Translations under genes and position numbers: made by a program
Assembly (NCBI GenBank): GCA_964016885.1
Contig: OZ024741.1
Location: 349,370,001-349,434,000 of the forward strand
Length of the DNA: 64,000 bases
DNA from: Eledone cirrhosa
Taxonomy: Eukaryota
Direction of reading: 5' to 3'
Notes under the pieces: model-generated
What the model saw: the letters and a program-made list of their open reading frames with translations, nothing else
Databases searched by the model: none
Told to the model about the DNA's origin: nothing
In this document: positions 44,024 to 54,209 of the stretch, piece by piece
How positions within the stretch are numbered: position 1 is the stretch's first letter
How the letters are laid out: every line of letters starts with the position of its first letter

Positions 44024-44393
44024 TATATATTGGTAAACGGAATAGAAAATGCTGACAAATTGTTCACAGTTGAAAAATAGTTTAATTAGGAATAAAAGAG
44101 TATTAGTAATTGTATGGGTTAGTATTCAGTTGTGGTTTTAAGTTTTTAAGTTTCAGATCAGAGCAAACAACACGGACAATCTATCTCAAAATTATTTTTG
44201 AAAAGCATTTAGAAATGCGCAACCGGTAAAAACTTAAAAACTTAAAACCACAACTGAATACTAACCCATACAATTACTAATACTCTTTTATTCCTAACTA
44301 AACTATTTTTTCAACTGTAAACAATTTGTCAGCATTTTCTATTCCGTTTACCAATATATAATAACTTCTGTGTTACACCTCTATTCTTTTAAC

Positions 44394-44394
<1 letters not shown>
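44024..44394 (+). mobile_element. Fold-back mini-element with U3-A8 hammerhead-like motif (44195-44231)
   Basis: Arms ~44024-44153 and ~44230-44360; ttt-TTGAAAA-gcatt-taga-aatgc-GCAA-ccgg-TA-aaa. Confidence 0.75.
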
Positions 44395-44416
<22 letters not shown>

Positions 44417-44426
<10 letters not shown>

Positions 44427-47400
44427 TTCAAAATATTAACAAAATAGATATCTTGTGATCAAGTATATTTTATTATACATATTTCAGAGGTACTGAGTTA
44501 AGTTCAACAGTACGTCCTCATCAAATAAAATAAGATGATGCATGACATACCCTGACATAGTAGATGGTTAAGATTCAGTCATGGTAGTGAGTAATATATG
44601 ACAAAACTCAATATTTATAGCCTAATATTGAGAACATGAGAAAAATATATAATACATACAATAGAGAGGGTGCGTGTAATACACCTTAAAAAAATACATG
44701 GCATCAATATAACAGTTAAACATTTTTTTTTTAAACTACTGAAGAAAGAGGAAAGAAAGGAAAGCATAGAGGAAGAAACAGCTGATGGGATAATATAGTT
44801 AGTAGGTGCCTCGAAAAAAAAATGAGAGATGATTAAAGAGAGAGAGAGACAAAGGGGAATAATTTATGTTCAAGTTTATAGACAATTATCCATATATGCA
44901 ATATATATCTAAACTTATTTGGTTGACCGTTAAAATTCAAAATATTTAATTTAAGTTATTTCAGAGTAATGAGTAATATTTTAGGTTTTAAAAGTTAATA
45001 GGTATCTGTATTAATATTATATTATACTATCAAGTTTAATTTCTAAAATTCAAATTTTATGAAATCAAATTTAAAGGATTTACGAAACACGAGAAAGAAA
45101 GTATATAATGCTTTTATACCCTCACGAAGGTAATCTTTACCAAAATTATTTATAATATTGACAACAGTTTATATAATATAATTTATAAAATAATTATAGT
45201 TATAATTATTAAAGAAATTATGATTAAGAGTTTGAGTGCCTAAAGGATCAACAGGCCTTATAATTATACTTAAAGAAGTTTGAATTTTTAATTATATATA
45301 TGTGTTAATCAAAAAATACACAAGGATTATAATGTCTAATGACTTAAGGTGATACCTTTCAAATATATATAACATAATACAATAATACAATATAGTAAAT
45401 AAGTTACTGAAAATATTGTTAAAAAAATATTGTTAAAAATTAATGTTTTATATCAATTATTGTGAAATGTTCATTTAGTTGATATATACTATAAATATAT
45501 AAGTCAAAACTACATGAGTCCTAAGGATAGGGGCTAGATACAAAATAAATATAAAAATAAAAAGTGAAAAATAATGAATTGTTTGCGAAACTTAAAAATG
45601 GCCAATATTAAAAAATATAGTATAAAATGTAATAGGGTTTTAGTATATAGTAGACAAAAGATACTTCTAAAATATCCAGCGAATGTGATAGAAAGAGGAG
45701 CTAAATATTTGAAAAAGCCGAAGGTAATCTAAATTTAATTAAAATAAATTAAATTAAATTAAATTATATTAAATTAAGTAATAATCATTATATAAATTCG
45801 AACTTCCAGGGAATATCTAACAATAGAGAGTCATTTGAGTATCTAAATTATTTATAAATGTAACTACGAGTATGTTATTACACTAGATAAACATATTTGT
45901 AGAACTATATAGAGATATTATTATAGGTATTAATGAAACGATATACATTTAATAAATAAATAATTATAATCATTATTAGTAATGCTATAATTGTAGTTTT
46001 ACCTCCAGTTCAGTGGAGAGAGAGACCAATATTTGTCGACTATTATGGTTTGTTATATTTATACCTATATATATATAAAATATATAAGTGCAAATCTAAC
46101 TTTCTGAGTCCCCAAAACATACCCAAAATGAGTAAAAAATGCAAATGCATGAATGATCTACAGTTCGATTATAACCGGTAAATTTACAAGTTAAATATCC
46201 AAATTATATATTTAAAACAGAGACAGATAAATAAAGATCCTAATCAAAATTATAAATATCTAAAATAATCCTAAGGTGTGCATATTTATCAAGTAAACAA
46301 GTTATCAAATAATATGTTTATATACCTAAAGAGGATCCTTCATTCTAACATTAATTCTATCATAAATGATTAGAAAATAAAGCATTATTAGTTTTATAAA
46401 CTGTTATGACTTTTTAGGTCCAACAGGTGATAAGAGACGTCAAAAATTAAAGCCTGTTTGTTTAGTGTTTTTTCCTGACTTTTTGCGAGGCTTGGAATGC
46501 AGACAAAGCTTTATGAAGGCAGTTTGAGAATAATTCACTTTTTTTTGTTAATTAAGTTTTCATAATTAGTCATTATTAATAGGGTCTCCTTTGTGAAGAG
46601 GTTGCAGTTAGTTGATATAGACGAGTTCGAGTATATTTTACTATTACAAAGCTTCGTCCAAAAAATCGAGTATTTTAAATTTTTATCTTTTAATGACCAT
46701 ATAATTTGTGATAAAGAAGTCGAAGACTTCCTATTAAAATTCGAAAATGAGCATTTGTGATTCGCAAATCTCGATTTAAATGTCGAAGAAGTTGCCCCTA
46801 TGTAGTTGTATGTGTTGTTATTTGTTTTTACGGTGCATTTATACACTAGATTTCTATCCAGACAATTATTTTGCAGAGGGCAATTTGGTTTATTTCTACA
46901 ATTACATTTCGATTTATTATTGTATATATTAACACTATTATTAATAGCATTATGCTAATTTTGGTTTAGAAATTTACTATTTAGTTTAGCGATGTTTTGG
47001 GCCATATTCATAGTTGTGGAATAAGAAAGCTTAATTGTGTGTCTATTAAATATGGAATGGTATTTATGTTGGCTAGGGAAGGAATTATCTAAAGCCTTAA
47101 AAAATAGAGCTAGTGGTGTGCTTACTGCTACAGAAGCAGGGGGTGGGGGCAACCCATATAACTGATTTAGTTCTGGTTCTTTTCCCCGATTTACTCACAG
47201 GACAAGTGTTTGAATTATAAATATTAGAATTTTTAGAATTTCGTTTATATATGCCATTATTTTTATCAGGATTAAGACTCGGATTATTATTGTCTATATA
47301 TATTCTATATTATTTTTATAACCTGCCTTTCTTAGCGCATCATTGTAATATCCTGCTTTTTCATCAAATATTGATTTATTGGCAGATATTCTAGTTATGC

Positions 47401-47435
47401 GTTTCTGTACACTATTTACAATTGCATGTTTCACT
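44417..47435 (-). mobile_element. 5'-truncated degenerate Penelope-like element with ~2.1-kb 3' UTR
   Basis: KRITRISANKSIFDEKAGYYNDAL, HKYHSIFNRHTIKLSYS, GIY-YIG YKC...YIGATSSTFKSRFANH; hammerhead tattttat-TTGATGA...GAAA-tatgta-TA-ataaaata at 44466-44532. Confidence 0.85.
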
Positions 47436-47443
47436 TGTTTAAC

Positions 47444-47519
<76 letters not shown>

Positions 47520-48602
47520 ATAATAATAAAATTGAAGACTAAAATCCAAAGAGAGCTCGATAAGGAAAATATATATCAAATATATAAGAACCGTAGAGCA
47601 AATATTTATTAAAAGAACAGATTAAAGTTTAAGCAAAGAATCGCTGCTTTCACCCTTAACGGGATCTTCTGAAACTAACAAAGTCAATCTGTAAACGCAG
47701 AACTGGATATTTCAAAAAACGTTGCAACCGGAGGAAGACAGGAAGACGATACTTTGGTTCATGGTGACGTTCGCTGGCAAAGAACGGGAAAAAACGAATA
47801 ATACGTCATTAATAGGAGCGGTGAAAAACAATTACGCGCAAAGACAGAACCACGTTTATGGTATAAAAGAGGTCGTAGACTAATGTTCTCTTAGGTGGTG
47901 CATAGAGACGTTCTCTGGCAATGAACGAAAAAACGAAGATAATAAGTCAAATGTGGAGCGTGGAGAACAATAGCACGCAAAGACAAAATCACGTAAATGG
48001 TAAGCAGAAGTCGTAGACTAAAATTCTAACTAGGAGACCAAATGAATCTCCGCTACAGAGTTAAGAACAAAGTAAATAAATACAATACAGAAGTAATAGA
48101 AACAAATAAATACATACACGCAAACAGATGCGTACATACACAAGCATACGCAAAACCTTACCATAGGTATACAAAACCACGCACATATAAATATGTGTGT
48201 GTGTGTATGCTTGTGTACAAATAAATAAATAATTATATAAACGTATATAAGTAAATAAATACGTATATAAAAAGCGCACACGCATACCTACATATAAATA
48301 CACGCATGTTCGGAGACGTAAGTCAACTAAAACAAGAAGTACACATATACACACACCCACCACACGTAAGAACCTGCATACTCACGCAGACGCAGAACTC
48401 CCGTATACACATAGCCAAACCCTAAATACCAGAATATGTAAAAATTATACGCCATAACAGTCAAATATACGTACGAGAAGGTATACATACCTTCACAAAA
48501 CATACGGGTAATATATACTTACCTATGCAAATAAGTAAAGGAATAAACAAACATATACTTAGCTCCCACATCAAGACGTAAAATATCCACGTATAGATCG
48601 TG

Positions 48603-50570
48603 CTATCCGTTAGGGTATAACGTGGGGCTGTAATACAGGAAAGTTTTGTGCAATTTATGTTTACAAGCCGAAATTGCCTCAGATTTTTTGTTTAAGATGT
48701 TGTCTGTGGCGTAGAGTATTTCCAGGGCCTCAGCGGCGCAGAGGTCACATGGTCTTTTATTTCCGTTATACGATCTAGCCCTAGCTAGGATCTCCCAGTG
48801 TAACTTATATTGGGTGTGGTTGTCTTTTACACTCCAGATATAAGCTGAAAGTGACGTCATATTCCTTCTAAGAGGGTAACGAAAAGAATGTGTATGCATG
48901 TAAAGACGCTGCTTGAAACTATTGGCGGTTAACCCTATGTAGGCCCTACGGGACGTGGGTGTTACAACCTTACATTTGTAGACAATGTTACTAGAGAGGC
49001 ATTTCCCGGATAGGGGGCAATCAGCCCGATTCCTACAATTACAGTTAGTACTAACTACAGGGTTGCACGTGTTCCTACGGCTAGGTAGTTTAGCTAAATT
49101 TGAAGCTGTGATGTTATGTGCAAGGTTAGGAGTCGGAGAGTAAGAAATTTTAATAGTATTTCTATTAAAAATTTTACTATATTTATGTGTAGGGGGAAAA
49201 TGCTTCGTAATAAGGGAAAGAAAGATCTTAGCTAATGGTGTGGCCACCTCCATATTATATGGTGGGTTAAACCAACAAATGCGACGGGATCTATTTCTTC
49301 TAGGTCTATTTTCATACTCAGTATATGCTACCTTATCGACAAATCCACTTCGAGCAAGAGCTTCATTGTAATAAGTAGAATGGTCGTTGAAAATACGTTC
49401 GTTGGTGGAAAGACGGGAAAGCCTCAACGAAAAGTTTCTTACCAGGTTCTTGGTTATGCTGGCAGGATGGTTGGAATGCTTACTTATGTAATTAAGCGTA
49501 TCATTCGGCTTTCTATACGGGTAATACAACCCATTCAATAAATTGAGGGTAACGTCGAGGTAATTAACGACCGAGAGATTGGCCTCAACCTGTATAGAGA
49601 GGTTGAAGCCTTTAAAGAAGGCTGTGAGTTCTTTTCTGAACCTGTCGCAAGCACGAGGTCCGCACTTAGTCATGGTCAAAAGACCATCGTCACGGTACAA
49701 ACCACCGCCCGCGTTGGGGAATTCGTCCTTGATAGAGAAAAGAAGGAAAAGGCCAATAAGATCAGTAACCTCCGCAGAGTCACTGGCGCCCATACTCACG
49801 TCGAATGGGGTACTATTGGATTTTTTAATCCAAATAGAATCGTCGAAATTAATCACCGACTTTCGGGCATTAAGGATGACATCAACTTCAAAATCCTTAA
49901 CCACTGTGAGTGTTTTAGCGAAATTGATAGCTCTAAGGAGAAGTGGTAAAGTGATGGAGGAGTAGTAATTGTTGATGTCGAATTGGATAAAACGGCAATG
50001 TTCCTTGTTACATATGCCGTTGAACCAATCAATCACCGCGAATGAATTGTTCCACAGTGCGAGAGGGGCCAAACTTCTAATTTCAGGTATAATTCTATCA
50101 AGAATCGTTTTACTAAGTCTACCTAAATCGGACTTCGTAGGGTTAATAAGCCGAATAGAGGGGTTGTTCGGAAAATTGGATTTGTGATCCTTCAGGGTAA
50201 AGTGGGGAGAGATAGGGTCCAGAGGTTCGGTCCGGTCCAGGATGTTGAGATCAGATGTGATTTTAAACTCAGCATCGTTGATTTCATTGATGACGCACCG
50301 ATTAGTTTTACGGTAATCCTTAGTTACAGCATTATGTAGTAGTTGATGGTAAGTACTGCGCTCCACTTGATATAGGTTGCCAGTTTTGTCGGAATGGACG
50401 TGCACGGCGTTAGAATCCTTAATAGAACGAATTCTATTCTTCAGGTCTTGCTGGAAGGAATTGCTCCTATTCCGAAATTTGATATTCCGAATGAGTTCCA
50501 AGTCATCATTTTCGAAGGGTAGCAATGCTGGGTTCCACGGAGGGTTATTATAGGTTTTAAATCCAAATTT
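48603..50570 (-). CDS. PLE polyprotein (reverse transcriptase plus C-terminal GIY-YIG endonuclease), N-terminus truncated
   Basis: FIQFDINNYY, MGASDSAE, LYRDD, WFNPPY, CNCRNRADCPLSGKC, IVYKC...YIG, FKQR, CDLC; frame stays open to 50570 (KFGFKT..PP). Confidence 0.93.
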   Translation of the reverse strand, partial: KFGFKTYNNPPWNPALLPFENDDLELIRNIKFRNRSNSFQQDLKNRIRSIKDSNAVHVHSDKTGNLYQVERSTYHQLLHNAVTKDYRKTNRCVINEINDAEFKITSDLNILDRTEPLDPISPHFTLKDHKSNFPNNPSIRLINPTKSDLGRLSKTILDRIIPEIRSLAPLALWNNSFAVIDWFNGICNKEHCRFIQFDINNYYSSITLPLLLRAINFAKTLTVVKDFEVDVILNARKSVINFDDSIWIKKSNSTPFDVSMGASDSAEVTDLIGLFLLFSIKDEFPNAGGGLYRDDGLLTMTKCGPRACDRFRKELTAFFKGFNLSIQVEANLSVVNYLDVTLNLLNGLYYPYRKPNDTLNYISKHSNHPASITKNLVRNFSLRLSRLSTNERIFNDHSTYYNEALARSGFVDKVAYTEYENRPRRNRSRRICWFNPPYNMEVATPLAKIFLSLITKHFPPTHKYSKIFNRNTIKISYSPTPNLAHNITASNLAKLPSRRNTCNPVVSTNCNCRNRADCPLSGKCLSSNIVYKCKVVTPTSRRAYIGLTANSFKQRLYMHTHSFRYPLRRNMTSLSAYIWSVKDNHTQYKLHWEILARARSYNGNKRPCDLCAAEALEILYATDNILNKKSEAISACKHKLHKTFLYYSPTLYPNG

Positions 50571-50810
50571 AGAGAACGTCTCTATGCACCACCTAAGAGA
50601 ACATTAGTCTACGACCTCTTTTATACCATAAACGTGGTTCTGTCTTTGCGCGTAATTGTTTTTCACCGCTCCTATTAATGACGTATTATTCGTTTTTTCC
50701 CGTTCTTTGCCAGCGAACGTTACCACGAACCAAAGTATCGTCTTCCTGTCTTCCTCCGGTTGCAACGTTTTTTGAAATATCCAGTTCTGCGTTTACAGAT
50801 TGACTTTGTT

Positions 50811-50861
50811 AGTTTCAGAAGATCCCGTTAAGGGTGAAAGCAGCGATTCTTTGCTTAAACT
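50811..50861 (+). ncRNA. Variant type I hammerhead (sense copy 47626-47676, minus)
   Basis: agttt-CAGAAGA-tccc-gttaa-gggt-GAAA-gca-gcgattctt-tgc-TT-aaact; all three stems form; U4A core. Confidence 0.65.
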
Positions 50862-50881
50862 TTAATCTGTTATTTTAATAA

Positions 50882-50973
<92 letters not shown>

Positions 50974-50979
<6 letters not shown>

Positions 50980-51442
50980 TAATAAAATAATGAATAAACA
51001 AAGAAACAGTTCCTTATATTAAAAAATGCATCATTTTACGATCGTTTCTAGGATATATATGTTAGTGTTGGTATGCATATCCTATAGATCTATGTAAAAT
51101 TTTTACAAACTATCAGAGGGAGTATACATACCTACACATATATATGCTGTCTTCAGAAATAATGATATTTGTTTATTTAAAAAAACCAACAAAGATTTAA
51201 TACAATAGGTCTGTTTGGGAACAGGTTTTGAATTGACCAATAGAAAGATAGTGAAGGTCAAGATAGTAATATAGTAGTAAAAGAACCTTTTATTCATTAT
51301 TTTATTAATTTATCTTGACTCTGTTTTCCGTTAATTTTCACCGAAAATTTTTTTTGAATACATCTTCTCTTTTCATGATATTCGGATTACATTGAGTTCT
51401 TTATACAGATTGGACACTACCGTACATTTTGGTAGATTTATC

Positions 51443-51490
<48 letters not shown>

Positions 51491-51677
51491 TTTCTGAAGA
51501 CAGCATATATATGTGTAGGTATGTATATTCCCTCTGATAGTTTGTAAAAAATTTACATATATCTATATGATATACATACCAACACAAACATATATATCCT
51601 AGAAACGATCGTAAAATGATGAATTTTTAATATAAGGAACTGTTTCTTTGTTTTTATTCATTATTTTTATTAATTTA

Positions 51678-51678
<1 letters not shown>
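50974..51678. mobile_element. Two inverted PLE-type mini-elements with long-stem-II hammerheads (51030-51163 minus; 51487-51620 plus)
   Basis: attattt-CTGAAGA-(101 nt)-GAAA-cgatcg-TA-aaatgat; (TA)n between and around. Confidence 0.75.
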
Positions 51679-51707
<29 letters not shown>

Positions 51708-51708
<1 letters not shown>

Positions 51709-51899
51709 TTTAATATAGAAGAGCTTCTACAGGACTAGAACTGTTTCATTCAGGAGAAATCATCAGGAAGCTCCTGATGATTTCTCACGAATGAAACAGT
51801 TCTAGTCCTGTAGAAGCTCTTCTATATTAAAACATTTATATTCTGCTATGTATTGAGTACCTTACTTACTGTGGTTACCTCCGATTCAACCCGGAATAA

Positions 51900-51902
<3 letters not shown>
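51708..51902 (+). mobile_element. Fold-back mini-element, family B, with back-to-back hammerheads
   Basis: Complete motif 51722-51772 (-) and 51769-51818 (+); tail matches 17070-17155. Confidence 0.85.
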
Positions 51903-51980
<78 letters not shown>

Positions 51981-52249
51981 TAGAATTTGGTTTTTCGGTC
52001 TAGCATAGCATATTACATAAATGTAAGTATAGGTTTATCGAATAACAATAAAAATAATATTCGATTCGTTTGCAAGCATATATATTGTAAGCAAAGTTCC
52101 ACACACTTGATATGTATATGCTACCAATGGTTTCGGGGTCCAACCATGGCCACCTCTGTTTAATCGAAGAGGCACTTTTATCCTGGTCCTTCCTTCAAAC
52201 ACTCTACCAACGATTACACTCGAGATCTACATATATATCTTTATATATG

Positions 52250-52293
<44 letters not shown>

Positions 52294-52878
52294 AAGAAAA
52301 GATGAAAATATCTCTTTATCATCGGATATCAATACGATTACATTAAGGACAGTATCATTTACCCCAATGATTCAGGGACTACAGTATATGACGGATGAAA
52401 ACATACGATAATTGAAAATATTATTCAATCTTTCGAGTCATGTGAGATGGCAAACTGTGCATAAAGGTACATAAAAACCACAGGCTATACCAAAGTGAAA
52501 ATAAAACACAATGAGTACAACATATAATATATTTTGCAACAATATGTTATATGTTGCCTTTGTACTGAACTGTGATAGTGGAGAGAGAGTGAAATGAAAT
52601 GATCAGTTGGGTGCCAAGGTCACGAAATATCAAATACAATAGGAGGTCCCAACCGTGTGGCCCAGAAGCCCTTTTTTTATGAAACATGGCAGAAAACATT
52701 TCGTGGCTAATATTTTGCTAAAACTTTCTAATTTCTCCCTCACCTCTTACATACGTTTGCAATTTATGAAGCACAATAAAATAGAAAATAAAAAACGCAA
52801 TTCATAAAAAAAAGGGAATTTACTAAAAGTAAAATTGCAATTAAGGAAAATTCGTCCCTCTACATTTTCTACTCATTC

Positions 52879-52911
<33 letters not shown>

Positions 52912-52930
52912 CACCACTTACTATATATAT

Positions 52931-53122
52931 ATAGGAAAAAGTATGACCCGACGGCAGAGCTCAAGCCGTTTCGACGGCTATTTCTGGATTAAATTAGTCG
53001 AAACGGCTTGAGCTCTGGCGTCGGGGTCATACTTTTTCCTATTTCCCACTCTACTACCCTAAGTATTGAGTACTCTGGTGTATTATGGTCCATCTGGTTC
53101 CTAACCACAATTCCTTTGTTAT
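52931..53122 (+). mobile_element. Fold-back mini-element, family A
   Basis: Inverted arm, junction tggattaaattagtc, arm and tail. Confidence 0.8.
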
Positions 53123-53135
53123 ATATATAGTGGTG

Positions 53136-53164
<29 letters not shown>

Positions 53165-53169
<5 letters not shown>

Positions 53170-53758
53170 AAATTGAGGTTGGTAATGGCACATGGAATAT
53201 ATAAGAGACAGAATACTTTTTTGTGAAAAAACATAATTTTATAAGGTAAGGAAATAATAAAGGGTATAAAAAATGACCGGTTTCGATGGGTCTGCAAAAG
53301 CCATCTTTTCAAATGTTGATTAATATTAAGAAAAATTAATAATACGAAGAGTTAAAATTTGAGACTTGAAAATTCAAGTATAAAATTCATTGTGGGATTT
53401 CATAGCAGTTTTCATCTAGGTAGCAACATTCACTACCAGAAAGGGACACAGCAGTCAACCTGTTGTTGCTACCTAGATGAAAACTGCTATGAAATCCCAC
53501 AATGAATTTTATACTTGAATTTTCAAGTCTCAAATTTTAACTCTTCGTATTATTAATTTTTCTTAATATTAATCAACATTTGAAAAGATGGCTTTTGCAG
53601 ACCCATCGAAACCGGTCATTTTTTATACCCTTTATTATTTCCTTACCTTATAAAATTATGTTTTTTCACAAAAAAGTATTCTGTCTCTTATATATTCCAT
53701 GTGCCATTACCAACCTCAATTTTCTCTATAACCTTCGTTTTGTGTAGAAAATTACACT

Positions 53759-53763
<5 letters not shown>
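53165..53763 (+). mobile_element. Large fold-back element (264-bp arms) with U3-A8 hammerhead variant (53575-53622)
   Basis: Arms 53165-53428 and 53464-53727 look identical by eye; TTGAAAA-gatgg..ccatc-GAAA-ccgg-TC. Confidence 0.85.
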
Positions 53764-53807
<44 letters not shown>

Positions 53808-54150
53808 ACTTACTATCATATGCGCATTCATTTTGCTAAAAAGAAATAGTCAATCAGCTGTAATGCAGATTAACATTATAACTGGCAGAAATCACGCTCC
53901 CCATCTCATCCACTTTTGGTGCGATGTGCCACTCCCTTAGTATGTAATGGCTCGTTTGAGTTCATGAGTTTCAGATCCTTGGAAAAGAATAATGTTCTGA
54001 GAAAAACTGTAGGAAGCAAAAGATAAAAGTGTGAGGATAAGGGGATATGATGGAGAAAAGATATAGATATAGAAGGGATCATAAAAAGAGGTAATAAGTA
54101 ATAGAGTGAGAGAAGGAGTAACGAAGAGTGTTAGTAAGAGAGAGTGAGTG

Positions 54151-54203
<53 letters not shown>

Positions 54204-54209
54204 CATATG

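Larger units (their letters stand above)
47516..50884 (-). mobile_element. Penelope-like retroelement (family P), 5'-truncated with inverted pseudo-LTR
   Basis: RT plus GIY-YIG ORF; 314-bp inverted repeats 47603-47916 and 50571-50884; ~87-bp tail; (TA)n on both sides. Confidence 0.95.

Noticed and set aside
49579-50187. Plus-strand ORFs inside the PLE and LINEs
   Set aside because: Antisense shadows of the RT frames
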